NCBI GenBank assembly: GCA_012295275.1
Contig: CM022677.1
Location: forward strand, 18,786,001-18,850,000
Length of the DNA: 64,000 bases
Origin: Chrysomallon squamiferum
Taxonomy: Eukaryota; Animalia; Mollusca
Direction: 5' to 3'
The translations under genes were made by a program, and so were the position numbers. Every line of letters begins with the position of its first letter. Position 1 is the first letter of the stretch. This document shows, piece after piece, positions 24,282 to 39,635 of this stretch. Under the pieces are notes generated by a model. The model did no database searches. It worked only from the letters and a program-made list of their open reading frames with translations, and was not told the DNA's origin.

Positions 24282-24386
24282 TACAAAGGTTGTTCTCGTG
24301 TTCAGTTTCACTTGACTTCATGTCGAGGATGAGAGACCGGGCAATGTCCTCCAGTTCTTGTTTCTGTGCAGGTAACTCTGCATCAC
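24282..24386 (-). CDS. CTDSPL2: CTDSPL2 exon (DAELPAQKQELEDIARSLILDMKSSETEHENNLC)
   Basis: atcAG / GTaag; 105 nt, phase 1/1; E-x-I-x-x-x-x-x-LDM resembles human EEIVKQLDM. Confidence 0.8.
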
Positions 24387-24546
24387 CTGATAAATAAAAA
24401 AAAAAAAAAAATAAATAAATAAACAATCAACCAAACAAACACCTGTATGACTCTTGATGCTCGAATAACGTACTAAAACAATAATAATAGTAATGATAAT
24501 AATAATAATAATAATAACAGTAATAATAATAGCAATATTAATAGTA

Positions 24547-24585
<39 letters not shown>

Positions 24586-24629
24586 GGAAGAAAAGAAGAA
24601 AAAGGTAAGACAATGATAAGTGTTTTTGA

Positions 24630-24696
<67 letters not shown>

Positions 24697-24907
24697 TACA
24701 TAAAACATATATACAAATACATATTTTGAGAGAGAGAGAAAGAGAGAGATATATATAAAGTAAATATATATATATATATATAATGTATAGATATGTATTT
24801 ATATACTGAAAAAGATAAGACACGAAACTATTAAATACAATAAAATCTTCTCTGTTTCATTCTAAGGATACACAAGTATAGTGAACGAGATACAACAAAT
24901 GACCCAC

Positions 24908-25015
24908 CTTCGTGACCTACGTAAGGTGGGTACAACGGTGAAAATATTGTACCAAGAAGAGAGGTTCTAGGTGGGCTGGTTGTATCCTTCTTCATTCGAT
25001 ACTGCTTCTTTTCTT
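24908..25015 (-). CDS. CTDSPL2: CTDSPL2 exon (EKKQYRMKKDTTSPPRTSLLGTIFSPLYPPYVGHE)
   Basis: ttcAG / GTggg; SPPRT-x-LLGTIFSP N-terminal CTDSPL2 motif. Confidence 0.93.
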
Positions 25016-25275
25016 CTGAAAGAGGAAAAATTCTTTATAACTCTGTCTCTCTCTATCTCTCTGTCTGTTTCTTTCTATCTCATTCTCGACCTGTCATTTT
25101 TCTTTCATAATTTTTCTCTCACTTTGTCTATCTCCTAGTTTATAACTGTCTGCCTGTCAATTTCTATTTCTCTCTGTCATTGTAAAATGTCATTTTTTCT
25201 TTCTCTCTATTTCAGTCTCTGTCATTTTTTTCATTTCTGTTTCTCTTTTATTTCATTCTTTTCATCATCATCATC

Positions 25276-25371
<96 letters not shown>

Positions 25372-25384
25372 CACACACACACAC

Positions 25385-25523
25385 CTTTTTTCTTCAGTTT
25401 GGATTTGATCTGATGTGGAGTTGATGTTATAAGAGAATCTGTGCCATTGGTCAGTGGTTGAGACTGATGATCAGTGAAGCCATTTTCTGTGTGGTATTTC
25501 TTGATTGGTGTTTCCTTGACAAC
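25385..25523 (-). CDS. CTDSPL2: CTDSPL2 exon (VVKETPIKKYHTENG...LITSTPHQIKSKLKKK)
   Basis: atcAG / GTgtg; LITSTP motif shared with human CTDSPL2; phase 0 to 1. Confidence 0.87.
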
Positions 25524-26061
25524 CTGATCATAAACAAAACAAATAATAAAAGCATTATTTCTATATATATATAAAAAAGAGCAATTTATAGGATGTAAGA
25601 AAATAAAAATAAATAAAATAAATAAATAATAATGAAATTTTAACAAATATATTAGTACAAATTGTTAAAACAGAATAACTGATCAAACAGAACTAATAAT
25701 AACAATATCAAAAACCACAAAAATACTAATTATATTAATCAAAGTAATAGCAATAATAATAATATATAATAGCAAGAATAATAAAATAATAATCAATAAT
25801 AACAAAATAATAATCAATAATAACAACAATAATAAATACTATTACTTCTGCAAATACTATTTTCTATAAAACTAACACCTTTGATATTCATTAAAACTTG
25901 AATAATAACAAAATTTAGAAAAAAAAAAAAGACAAATACTATTTTCTATAAAACTAACATCTTTGATATTCATTAAAACTTGAATAATAACAAAAAAAAA
26001 AAAAAAAGAAAAAAAAAACCCAAACAAAATACTATTTTCTATAAAACTACTATTCATTCAC

Positions 26062-26196
26062 CTCTGCAGCAGACTTGTCTATTTTGTGAGAACGTTTCCG
26101 TGACGACAATGGTGGATTGACTGTTTCTGCTCCATTTGCTAGTCGACCAATGGCGGTGCGCGTCGCAGGACCGTTTGGCTTGTGTCGTAGCTGCAT
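26062..26196 (-). CDS. CTDSPL2: CTDSPL2 first coding exon (MQLRHKPNG...KRSHKIDKSAAE); exon acceptor at 26221-26222
   Basis: M-x-LR start resembles human MRLR; 45 codons, then GTgaat donor. Confidence 0.8.
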
Positions 26197-27669
26197 CTTT
26201 CTCACTATCTGGTTTATATCCTGTAAAACAAACATTTTTTTAAACAAAATTCAATAATATAAAATAAATAGTAATAAAATAAAAGTAAATGATTACAGTA
26301 ATAAAAACATAATAACACACACACACACACAAACATATATGTACATACATATATATATATATAAATAATAAAAATGTAAAAATAAAGAAGAGAAATTATT
26401 AATGAAAAATTAATGCTGTTATTGGCAGAGGTGAATTTTATTTAATGTTAAATTTCAAGACACATTTTCATTTTCATACAAATAATATTTACTGGTAATT
26501 TGTATCTTGACAATAACATTTTATATCACTGTTGAAAAAAATCATTTGGATCATGCTATAAGTAATATCCCTCAACTAAAAGCAAAAAATAAATAAATAA
26601 AAAAAAATAACAAAAAATCTGCTAGCTGCTTCTTATATCATCTCAAACATTACAAACAGAGGATTTCTTTTAAATGCACTTTTAGAGAGAAAAAGAAATC
26701 TCTACTTGTAAGACACAGGCATTACGACTAATTTTGATTTTGATATTTCAATTTTTTTTGTTTGTTTACATTTTCAATAGAATTAATTACTAGACCAAAT
26801 AGCATTATATGCAGATACTAGTAGTTAAAAAGAAAGAAAAAGAAAAAAAAAATAATTGTAAAAAGAAAATAAGAAAGAAAAAGATAATTAATTTTAATGA
26901 AATAAATTTTAAATAATAATGAATGAAAGATTAAAAACGTAAACAATTGTTGTTTGTTTTGTTTTTTTAAAAACAAAGGAAAACAATTTAAAAATTTAAA
27001 TAACAATATTACTGATATAAAAGAAGCCATAAAAAAAAAAAAAAAAAAAAGAAGAAAAAAATTAAGATAAGAGAAACAAATATTTTAAATTATTTTTTCC
27101 TTTATTTACAACTATCTAACAATACTTTCAAAAAGGTATTACAAAGAAAAAAGTAAAAAAAAAAAAAAAAAAAAGGAGAAAAAATAATAAAATAAAAAAA
27201 AAAGTACAAATAAAAAAATTAAACAAACAGAAACAACATTCCACAATATCCAAACAGATGTCCAAAACCAGCAGACGCTGATATCCTCATCAAATTACAA
27301 AAACCGAGACCAGTCTTCAAGAAAACACTACCAGGTCGGTCTAAGTTTATTTACAGATCAGTGCTACAAGTTCAAGGCCAGTGGAGAAAGGCTGATGGGG
27401 CAACATGACACAGCTTCGTGGTAACTAGGATAAAAAGGCAGAAACTATTTTTAACCTGATGGAGGTCTTGAGCTAGCCAGTGAGAGAGTGAGAAAGAGAG
27501 AGAGAGAGATGTGATTAAAAAACAGTGAGTGTCTGCAGTGACATAATACAGGTGGTATGTATGTATGTAGATGTAATATGGGATGTATAGTCTGGTTATA
27601 CAGTGGAATTATATATATATATATATATTTAATCTTACTGTCTGTTGTGTTTATGAAGATAAGAATAAA

Positions 27670-27970
27670 ACTTTGTAATTTAAACTCAAGGATGAATGAA
27701 ATTTTGTAACTGTAAATTCAGGGATGAATAAAATGTAATTTAAACTCAAGGAAAAATGAACTTTTGCAATACAAACTCAAGGAAGAATGAACTTTTGTAA
27801 TTTAAACTCAAGGATGTATGGAATTTTGTATTATTAACTCAAGGAAGACTGAAATTTTGTAATACAAACTCAAGGATGAAATTCCGTAATGCAAACTCAA
27901 GGATGAATGCAGTTCTGTAATGTAAACTCAAGGATGAATGAAATTTTGTAACAAAAACTGAAGGATGAAA
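27670..27970. repeat. ~30-bp minisatellite (taaactcaaggatgaatgaaattttgtaa), ~10 copies, in CTDSPL2 intron 1
   Basis: Recurring aactcaagga core. Confidence 0.85.
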
Positions 27971-28534
27971 GTGAGTGGAACACTAGAAAACGCTGTTGTG
28001 TCAGTGTAAAGAAAATAACTAACAGACAATGAATAACTGCTGTTCAGTTTTCTAATAGGGACTTTTAAACTAATCTCTCTCTCTCTCTGTTTATATAGAT
28101 ATCTATCTACCCAACACACATATATGTATTTTACATAGTTACGTATGTATGTGTGTGTGTATATATATATATATTTTTGTGTGGATGTATGTGTTTGTGT
28201 CTGCCTGTCTGTACTACACATACATACACAAATATTTATCCATCCATCTGTCTATCTACTACTTATCTATCTATAATATATCTAATGACACATACATATT
28301 TACGTGCATATGTATGTCTCTCTTTCATTTAGATGTGTATGCTCATGTTTTTGTCTGTCTGTCTGATTATCTGTCTGTGTTTAAAATTACAATATGCAAT
28401 TTTCCCACTTAAAATACAGTTGTCTCACTTATTTTTCCCCCAACAGCAGAAAAAAAAAAAAATCATTAGGTATGACTCAGAAGTGATGTGGCTTACACAT
28501 GGTTTTTCTGTGAATGGTTGGCTTGATCAATGGA

Positions 28535-28573
<39 letters not shown>

Positions 28574-29827
28574 ATAAATTTAGATCCTGCGATATGTTCG
28601 CTGATCTGCGACCAAGGGGAATAAAACAACACTGTGTGTGTGTGAGATCAATAGAGCAGATCAATAAACCTGCTTTGTGTCAGTCACCTGTTTGTGCAAC
28701 AATAACTGGAAAGGTTCAGGTGTGGAATTTTTTTTTTTTTTTTTATATTTCCCAATCAAATCAGTGCTCCTTAGTTTTAAGTACAACTGTTTGTAACTGC
28801 AATGAGTTCATTTTGGGGTTTAGTTTTTTTCCCTTCTCCCCTTTTCTTTTCCCTTTATGTATGTATGTGTATGCATGTATGTATGTATGTATGTATGTAT
28901 GTATGTATGTATGTATGTATGTATGTATGTATGTATGTATGTATGTGAATATAGGTAGGTAGGCAGGCAGACAGCTGTTTATATTTGTTTGTATACACAC
29001 ACCAAAACACACATATTTACTTAAGAAGTGCACGCCTAGTTATAATGACTGTTACAAGGATATGCCTAGTTTTAATGACATCTCTCTCTCTCTCAATCTT
29101 TCTTTCTCTCACCAAAATATAGAAAGATAACTCTCTCACCAAAATATAGAAACTCTCTCTCTCTCTCTCTTACTCTCTCACACCAAAATATAGAAAGATA
29201 ATTATTTATATGATACAAAATATCAGCAAGTCCTGAATAAATTAAAACTAATTATTTTAATCCAGGTTAAATACATGTACACACACTCAAACATGTACTG
29301 CATACAGATCTTAATCACTGCTGTCTAAACATACTCATGTGAAACAGTATTTACAGCATAAACCTAAAACTACTAGATAAAATAACAATCTATCTATAAA
29401 ACAAAAACAAAAGTAAAATGAATAACAACAAAAAAAATAACAGCAAAAAAACAATTAAAATAAATTATTTAGATTTATCAGTTCACTGATCTAAAAGAGC
29501 ATTCTGCACATTCATGCACACACACACAGTCACACAGACAGAAAGACAAACAGACTGATAGCTAGATACACACATGTAATAGATATTATTTCTAGGTTAA
29601 GTATTACAGGTAAACTGAAAGGTTTTTGACATTCTGTCATTTCTCACAGCTACACTTTCATTTGTTTATGTATTTTACAAAAACAAGTAAAATATTTTAT
29701 CAAGATATTACGTCAGGGAACTTTTTTTTTTTTTTTATACCATTGTTTGTATGAACAGCTGTATATTCAGGTAAATGTGTTAATGTATGCAACAGCTAAA
29801 CCATGTCTGTTTGATTCTTTTTCCATT

Positions 29828-29880
<53 letters not shown>

Positions 29881-30060
29881 CTCCACATACCTGTGTGTTT
29901 GGGGTGTATATTATTTTAAATGAAAAACATTATTAATAACAAAAACAGCTCTACTGTTGTAATAACAACCATCAAAATCTAAACGAATTAAAATTAGAAA
30001 TCTTTTAAGATAATTAGAATGTTCAGTGTATACATGTGTGTATTTGATAACAGTATATCT

Positions 30061-30130
<70 letters not shown>

Positions 30131-30551
30131 AGCCAAGAAAATTAAACCAAAATATATATATATATATATAAGTACAAGTGTAGTATTACTATATATATTC
30201 ACATCTATTTTATCTGAAGGAGGTGCATATTATTTCAAAATGAATTATTAATACCTAAAACAAAAGTTTCATTCTTGTAACAACTCACATGAAGAACAAA
30301 ACAAATTTAAACCAGGAATTGTTCGAGATAATTAAAGTAGTTCAGTTGTTTTGTTTATCTTTTTTTTTTTTGTGTTTTTTTTTTTTTAATATGCACAGGT
30401 GAGAAGATACAGGTGTTAATAAATTTTCAAATAAATAAATAAAAGAGGGAAAGATATCTTGATAAGTGTTTTTGTGTTTTATGTGTATGTGTGTGGGTGT
30501 GAGTGTGTATATGTCTGTCTATAGATATAAATGTTTATATGAATGCTTGTA

Positions 30552-30598
<47 letters not shown>

Positions 30599-30838
30599 TA
30601 ATGACTTTATGTTTTAAATCAAGTTCAAAAAGAGAAACAAGGAGAGGCAAAAAGAAAAATTAATAAAAGGAAGAAAACGAGCTTAAATACTGAATTTTAA
30701 AGAAGTTTATTATAAAGTAATTCCATTATGTAAATTAACTGGAAATATAAGTGATAGTAAATTAATATTTAAAAAATAAAAATAAAAATATTACTATTAT
30801 TTTCTTAAGTTAAATTACACTAACAAGGTGAGTAATCT

Positions 30839-30875
<37 letters not shown>

Positions 30876-31515
30876 AAGAAAAGGAATTTATTATTATCAT
30901 TATTATCTTAGAAGTATTTTAAATTGCAATGATAACGTCAGTAACTGTAGATTATAAAAATCAGAAAAAATAAAAATAAAATAAAAATAAAAATAATAAT
31001 AAATAAATGTACAGGAAATTCTTGTCATTTTGTGTTAATCACACTTCCAAATATTCAAACTAAAAGGGGTATCGAATTACCAAAAAAAAAAAAAATAAAA
31101 ACGAACAGGAAATGTTCCTTTTTTTTTTTTTTTTTTGTAATATAATTTAAAAAAAAAAAAAAAAAAAAATTAAAAATGGCATTTGACAAGTGTTTATAAT
31201 GACAACAAACCTTGTTTGGTCTCTGAACACCACATCAACAAAAATGCCCAACAAAATAAGATTCATACTGAAGGATTCTTAATCAACGTTCAGAAAAAAA
31301 AAAAAAAAACATGATAATGGGGAAAAAATAATACATAAATAAATAAATTTTAAGAATAAAAATATTTTTGTCAGTGAAATAGCTTTTTTATTATTTGTAG
31401 ATTTATTTTTTAAAAATCCCACCTATCAAAAATTTTCAAATGTAAGTTTCGTAAATTCTACATTCATATAATCTTATTTTTAAAAAAATAATTAACCAAG
31501 AATAGTTAACTAACT

Positions 31516-31563
<48 letters not shown>

Positions 31564-31680
31564 TTTTCCACAACTTCATTAAAAAAGAAGAGAAGAAACC
31601 CCCACTTCATCCAATACCCACCGAATCTGCAACAAGCTTCACACAAAACCACACAGTTGTTAATACTGAATTAACTAAGT

Positions 31681-31714
<34 letters not shown>

Positions 31715-33806
31715 TAAAAATGACCTGCTATTGGAATATCTCAGCAATTTCACTGTATGTTTTAGTTCATTATTATTGTTATTTGAACTTAAAATAATAA
31801 TGTTAAAAAAAAACTAAAAAAACTATTTTCAAGTACATTATAAAATGAGTACTGTACACAGTATGTGTCATTATGTGCTACCATTTTGTTGTGTGTACCT
31901 GTGATTGTGTGTTTGTTTGTTTATGTAGATATATTTATGTAGATATGTATGTATGTGTGAACATGTGTGTAAGAATGAAGTTATACTTCTGTATGTTATA
32001 AGCAGTTTAACACATAAACAAACACACACACACACACACACACACATTTACAAATATTCACAGTGAAAAAAAATTCCAAGTAACCAACACAAACAACACA
32101 ATTAACCAACACAACGTCGAACCGGTCGCCACGCACTGCAACACCATCGCCAACGGCAACAGCATTACTACACACTAACCTCCCCCACCACCCCCATCTC
32201 TCCCATACATTCCACGACAAACGAAACAAAACAAAACAAAACAAAAAAAAATAACTAAAAAAAAAAAAATTCAACAAAACTACCACCCACCATTACCCAC
32301 CCCCATTCTATAAAACTGACACCAGCAATTTTTTTTACACCAACACAACACAACAAAAGAAAAAAAAAAATTAAATTAAAAAAAAAAAATGGAACAACAT
32401 GGGTTGTATGCTCCCGTTACTTGGTTCTACTAAACTCTGGTCGAGTGTAGGCAATCAATAGCAATGGCAGTAAGCAACCTCTGTGCTAAAAATAGCCTGC
32501 ACCTTTTTCCTTGCTAACACAACAACAAGGAAGATGAAGAATGGGGAATCGTTAACCTGGGCTTGAGCCAAAAAAACAGGTGTGTGTGTGCACCTTGTAT
32601 TTGCGACAGTAATGTGCCGTTTTTTTGTTTTAATAACGAGATACGAGTGATTTTTTTTTTTTTTGTAACGATTTGAATAAAAAAATTACGCGAATTAACA
32701 TTCAGAAAGGAGTTTATAATGTTGTTAGTTTATTTAGTGAATAAAGCTGGTTTTATTTCCAGTTTGAATTGAAAGAAAAAGGTCGAAATAAAAAAAAAAG
32801 TATCTGAATTACCTTTAGAAATATGATTTAATATGTGTTGTTAGTTATTAAGAGAATAAATCTGGTTTTAATTCTAGTAAAATTAAAAGAAAACATTTAC
32901 AGTCACACAACAAACCAAAACACAAGCTTGATTCATATAGATGAATTTTTTCTTGTAAATATTTAAAGTAAATTATAAAAAGTAAATTAAAAATAATAAA
33001 ATAAAAAGTAAGTAAATAAAAGGTAAATAAATAAAAGTAGTAAGTCATATCATATCAATTGGTGATTTTATTTTAATAAAAAAAAAAACAAAAACATTAC
33101 TCTTACAAAGGTATCCAATATGGGTTTAATAAACATTCTTTGAAAATAATAATTTCCTTGTAAATATTAAAAGTAAATTATAAAAATTATTATTAAAAAA
33201 AAAGTAATAATGAACGCAATGAGTCATACTAATTGGTCATTGTGTTAAATAAATCTGATTCTATTTTAGTTAAATTAAATGAAAAATTTACACAGTGAAC
33301 TTAAATTTATATATATAAAAATAATATATATATATATATATAATTTTCTTTCTGTAGATATTTAAAGCAAATTGAAAAATTAATAATAAAAGAAATGAAT
33401 CTTATTTTATTTCAGTAAAATTAAAAGAGAAACTTTACACGCTTATATAACTAACTCATAGAAGTAATTTATTTTAAATATTAGAAGTAAATTATTTTTT
33501 TTTTTAAAATAACAATTAAAATGAGTCACATTTTAACTGGAGACTATTTTGTATAAATCTGAATTCATTTGAATAAAATTTGAATTTTATAAATTTATAT
33601 GAAAGTACTTATTTAAAAGTAACTTTCTTCTAAGTTTAATAGATAAATAAATAACTTCTTATAAATTAAAAATATATATGATATAAATATTAAATTATAA
33701 AAAGTCAATAATAAAATTACACGTTAATCAGCAACTGTGTTAAAAATATATTTAATTGAATATGTAGTTCTAAATGTATGAAATATTTGTAAGATATAAA
33801 AATAAT

Positions 33807-33857
<51 letters not shown>

Positions 33858-34150
33858 ATGTGTGTGCATTATAATTTTAATAATAATAATAATAATAATA
33901 TGATGATGATGATGAAAAAAAAAAAAAAAAAAAAATAAGTGAATCAAAATAGCAGAGAAAAAAAAAGAAGTAGTAAAAACAGAATTTTAATATCCACCCA
34001 CCCATGCAGTATGTAATAAAAATCAATACAACAAAAAAAAGAAATGCCTATAAGCTATTGCAGTATCAGTCTAAACAGTAACATAACAGAAATCATTAAA
34101 TGTAAATTACTATGTTTTTATAATGAGATTTTAAAAAACAATAATAAAAA

Positions 34151-34189
<39 letters not shown>

Positions 34190-34430
34190 GTAATAATAAT
34201 AAAAAAAATAATAATAATAAAAAAAAAAAAGTGACAGGAAATTGAAAAATGAAACCAGTGACCAAGATGAATAATTCTAAATTAGAACTGCCAAACTTCT
34301 GTGATAAAATTTTAAAAAAAAAAAACATTTTAATGCATACAGTAAATCTATGCAAGGTGAAAAGAAAGGGACAGACAGACAGACATAAAGACAGGGTAAG
34401 AAAAACAGCAGAAAGTGAAAAAGATGATGA

Positions 34431-34549
<119 letters not shown>

Positions 34550-34823
34550 CACACACACAAATATACATACAGATAAAATCCACAAAAGTAGTGTTTAAGA
34601 AGACAATGAGAGAGAGAGGAAAGGAGAAATAGATGTGTGTGCAGCCTATTTTATGTCTCAGAAATAAAGGGAAAGAGAGAAGGAGGTATTGGAGGAGGGA
34701 GAAAAAGAAACAAAGTTTGAGTTAGAAAAACAGAAACAGAAACAGAAAGCACACATTCATAGAAGAGAGATAGAAAGTGAAACCGATAAAATGAGGAAAC
34801 AAATACTGTAACGGTGGAGTAGC

Positions 34824-34894
<71 letters not shown>

Positions 34895-35170
34895 TGAAAG
34901 TAAAGAGATCAGAAACAAACTGATTATCACTAGGTTACAAAGACCTGGGCCAATGTCAACAATTTTATTCATCATGAAAAAAAAGAAACAAGAAAAAAAC
35001 ACACAAAAAACCCCAGACCTATAAATTCTTTATCTGTCAAATACTTTGACAAACAATGAATAAGCAAATATAAACAGTAACAGGAAGAAATATAAGAAAA
35101 GTTTAACTAACTAACTAATAACAATAATACCTAAACAGAAATACTGGTAGAAATTAAAATAAATCCAAAA

Positions 35171-35217
<47 letters not shown>

Positions 35218-36348
35218 AACAGGAAATGACAAAGAGAATGATAGATAATCAGTTATTTTTACCGAACTGAAATTGGATTTTCTGTTTCATTTATCATTTT
35301 AATCCTATACCTTTCAGACACAAACACACAGACAGATGTATAACTAAATAAATAAAATGACATTAATAATATTCCTTTAATATTGTTAGTTTCATGAAGT
35401 AAATAAGAGAAAAATCTTTAAAAGGAATTTAAAGTAATGAATAAAAATTTACTGAAAAAATTAATAAAGAAAAAAGAAATATATATTTTATTTTAGGATT
35501 ATTAAGTAAATTAAATATAGTCCAAAAATTTAAAATACATTTCTAATTAATGTAAATTACAGTATTGAAAAATAATAATTTACAAGTACAAAACAAAAGT
35601 AATAAAAAAAAAGTTATATAATCACACTTATGACTTTGAATGAAAACGAAAAAGAAAAGTTAAAAAAATTAAAATAAAATAAAATAAAAATAGAAATCCA
35701 ATAATCTGATAATAAATGAACCGACATATGCAACAGTACAGTTAAACAAACATCTAAAATCACGTTCAATAAATAAATTGTGGAAATTCATACAACACTG
35801 TTATCAAGCTATTATCCTGTGATGTTTAAAACAATCTGAAGTCTGATATGTAGAACAGACTCATGCATTCAGTGACTTGTTCTTACGGCTACCTGTTGTT
35901 ACTTTGGCATCAATTTTCTGACACTGCCGTCTGACAGATTTACCAGAGGGAGTAATGCTGTTTAACTGTAAATTGACGGCGAATATAGGTCACCATTGCT
36001 CGTGCATTACTTGTTGCCGCATCAAATCGGAACATTTGAAGATCCGATCGAAAGGTGTGTATTAAAGATCTAATTTCAATCCAAAGAACAGTGTGTGTAT
36101 GTTTTGGTAAAATGAAGCGGGAAAAATGATGTAAAGTTATTCAGGCTGATAAAAACCACAAACTCAATGCACATCGATTGGCAGGTTGCCAAATTGAGGT
36201 CAAGCCAAACACGGGACTTTACGATTTCTGTTTACGATCTTGAAGTTTAAAATCAAATGCTGACAGTGTTAATACAAAATGTTGGACGGACTGTACAATC
36301 GAACATCGTAATAATCAGCAGCTTACAAATTATAGATAATTAAAATAT

Positions 36349-36700
36349 ACTCACTAATACTCGTTTCGTGTTTACTCCGACTCCATTTCGCGCGTAGGCA
36401 GCGAACCCCGGATGGACCAATGAACGCATGCGCATTTACGAATGGCCGTGATAACAAGCGGTAAATAATACCTTCTACATCTCATTTTTTAATAATAATT
36501 ACGTAATTAGCGGAAGTCACGTATAAAATTTTAGCGCCAAGTGAGTTCGTAAGCAAAAACAAAATGAAGTGAAATAATAAGAAATGAATCTATTAAAATC
36601 TGTATTGATTTTATATAGATTAAATAAATAATTATAAACCTGAAATGTAATGAAAAAGGTAACTGCAAAGTCGGAATAATAGCTCCATTTTGTTGTTGTT
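36349..36700 (-). promoter_or_regulatory. Probable CTDSPL2 promoter and non-coding first exon (donor GTGAGT at 36354-36349)
   Basis: Local CpG-rich patch; CCAAT 36417, NRF1-like CGCATGCGCA 36425, ETS GCGGAAGT 36510, YY1-like CTCCATTT 36381 and 36683; the CTDSPL2 ATG exon has an acceptor, so an upstream exon is required. Confidence 0.6.
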
Positions 36701-39601
36701 ATAATAATATTATTATACGTAGTTATAAAATATAATTGATGTTAATAAAATAAAATAAAATAAATGTAAAAGTAACCTTTAAAAATGGAAAAATAATGTA
36801 GGATTTACAAGGGCGGATCCACAGTATTTTCTAGGTACAAAATGAACTCGGCGTAGATAATAATAATAATAATAATAATAATAATAGTAAAGAAAATTAA
36901 ATTTAATGGACTAGTTCTATTTATTTCAGAAGGTTTTAGATAAATTTCAAGAATTAAAATGACATATATTATTGTTGTTGTTTGAATTAAATGTATAGTT
37001 TCTAGGACGAATTACTGATGTCTGACATAACTTATTTTTTTTAGTTGGCATTCTGTGTATTATCCAAGGAAGGGAGAATTATTTGTTTATATCAATAAAC
37101 ACGGTTCAGATTCGTTTTCAGTGTAACTTTCAGTGTATAGTTGTGAAGAACTGTATTATCAACAAGCGGAACATTAACGTCAGGTTTTATACAGAATGAG
37201 GCCGAATTTTACCGAATTTTGTCGAACTGAATCTAACCTATAATTATTATTTTTGTTTTTTTGTTGATGTTACCATTTATAAATTTAGTCAGTGATGCAG
37301 AATGCATTCTCGCACTCTTTACGGTTTCGTCTCGTCTTTAATCTGGATCATGCTCCGAGAGTCAGTGAGAACTATTTAATTGTAACAACACCGATTCCCG
37401 GTTAGATGGCTATTATGCAAGAATTAAGTATTACGTTGATTTATTTGTTTTACAGATTAATCGCCGTTATGCTTTTATTGTCAACTAGTGTTGTTGATTT
37501 GTACCGTAATGCATTTACGGCTGATGTACTTCTGCAAGCAACAGAGTAACTAACAACTTGGTTGCAGACGACATTTTAGTTCCAGTTTCTCTTCAGCCTA
37601 CGGTTTTAATAGTTTCTGCGTTTTCGTTTCCGTTTCTTTTTCAAATGATTGAATGAATTTGTATATTCCATTCATCCTTAAAACAGTCGATCGTTTATTC
37701 CCAATATTTTAAGTATTCACCAGTTAGTCTGCCAAATGTTTCTTAAAAAATGCAGGGCAAGCCAAAGTTTAGCGGCTAGTCACGTGACCTGTGGATTCAT
37801 CATGTTTCGATATCCTGCACTGGATTCTCGTTTGCCGTGCATTTGTACTAAATAAAACGTCAACGAACTTTGCTGCACTTAGCAGTAAGGAGGAAGAAAG
37901 AAAGAAAAAAGAAGAAAAAAGAGTTCATTTATTGCATGTACAGGTTAATCAAACAATAATCTGTAGAAATTAAAGATAAACACCTTTCATCCGAAATTCT
38001 TAAAGTAAGAATGAGGATCCTTTTGGGTTAACCTAAAAGAATATTTAACTGTATTTGATATAAACGCCTCAGTTGAGTTATTTCAAATCATTATAGAACT
38101 TAAGACAATTTATTTATCTTTACTTAAATTTTAATATCTTTTGTTATTATAAGGCTTGTTAGTTTCTTTCCTTTTTCTTATTTATGATTATTATTATTAT
38201 TATTATTTTAATTTTTTTTTTTTTTTTTACATTTTATTTGCTGATACCCCTATCTGGCCTACGATGTGTAACCAACATGAATCACATAAACAAATGACGT
38301 AATTTTATTACTTCAAAAGTATGTATTTATTAACTTTTCGCGTCTTGCATTTTGCAGACGTCAGGAAAAAGATCTTTTACTTCGTTTCGTTAAATATTAA
38401 TTTATTATTATTCATTTTTCTTTCGTTCTTCTATTATTTTTGTTTATTGTTAGGTTTTTCATTCATCGTCATAGTAGAAGAAAGAATAATTTTAATTTGA
38501 GAAAACACACACACACACGTATGTTCAGTTATTCTGACTTATATAATTATTTTGATTTATATTTATTTCTTCGATTTGTAATTACTTTGAAAAAACTTTG
38601 CTGAATTAATGGATAAAAGTAACGTAAAACCAATGGTAGCAGAGAAGCAGTGTAGCATTAACTTAATATAAATAGTATTGATAGTATATTATAATATTAG
38701 TAGTAGTAATAGTAGCAGTAGTAGGAGTGTGATAACAATAATAACCGCTGTGGTAGTAATAGTAGAAGTAACTCTAGTAGTAGTAGTAGTAGTAGTAGTA
38801 GGCCTAACAGCGGTAGCGTGCTTACAATTTAATGTAATCCCAGTTTTCCTATTAAAATTTACGTTCTAAATTATTACTCTGCTTGTTGTCGTATGCTGAA
38901 ATTTATGTGTAATACAAGTTGTTTTTTAAAACAGGTCATTTCCTGTTTACGTTTTTCGTAATTTCCTTCTCTGGGCTGTCACAAAAGAACTGAACTAGAA
39001 AACCTTGAACGGCTTTCGGTAATGGTTACTCGAGCGTTACTTAAAAAGAATATATATTACGAGGCCGTAGGTGGGGGGGGGGGGTGGGGGTGGAGTGTTA
39101 GACTACGTTAGTCAGTGTGTATAGATAAAATAATGTAACAGTGTCAACAGATTAAGTGCGATGCAAAGGTTAAGCCTGTTTGAAAAACATTAAATATACA
39201 TTACAATTTAAGCTTGGTAGGTCTGTACTTTACTTACTTTAAATGACTAAATTCAGTTATCTGTTATAATAATAATAATAAAATTAATTTTTCTTCAGTT
39301 TTAATTTCTTTTATTATTATATGGCGCAAGTCTTTCTCTGTTTTTTCTGTGTTTTTGTTATCTTTTTTTCTCGTTTTTCTTCTTCATTTTTCTTCTTATA
39401 TTATTTTGTATTTATATATTTTTTTTAAATTATTTTTCTTCTATAGTTAACCAGCATGAGTCACAAATGACGCATTTTATTTAAAAAAGAAAAAAAAAAA
39501 AAAAAAAAAAAGGTAATTTGAATTATATTAAGAATAAGATTTATTTGATAATGGTCAAATATAGCAGAATATTTTGTCGAGGGGTCTTGGAAAACAGAGG
39601 T

Positions 39602-39635
<34 letters not shown>

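Noticed and set aside
35800-37370. Possible C/D-box snoRNAs (GTGATG...CTGA words near 35819 and 37271)
   Set aside because: Boxes are imperfect or wrongly spaced and no terminal stem was seen; no tRNA or rRNA was recognised anywhere in the window.
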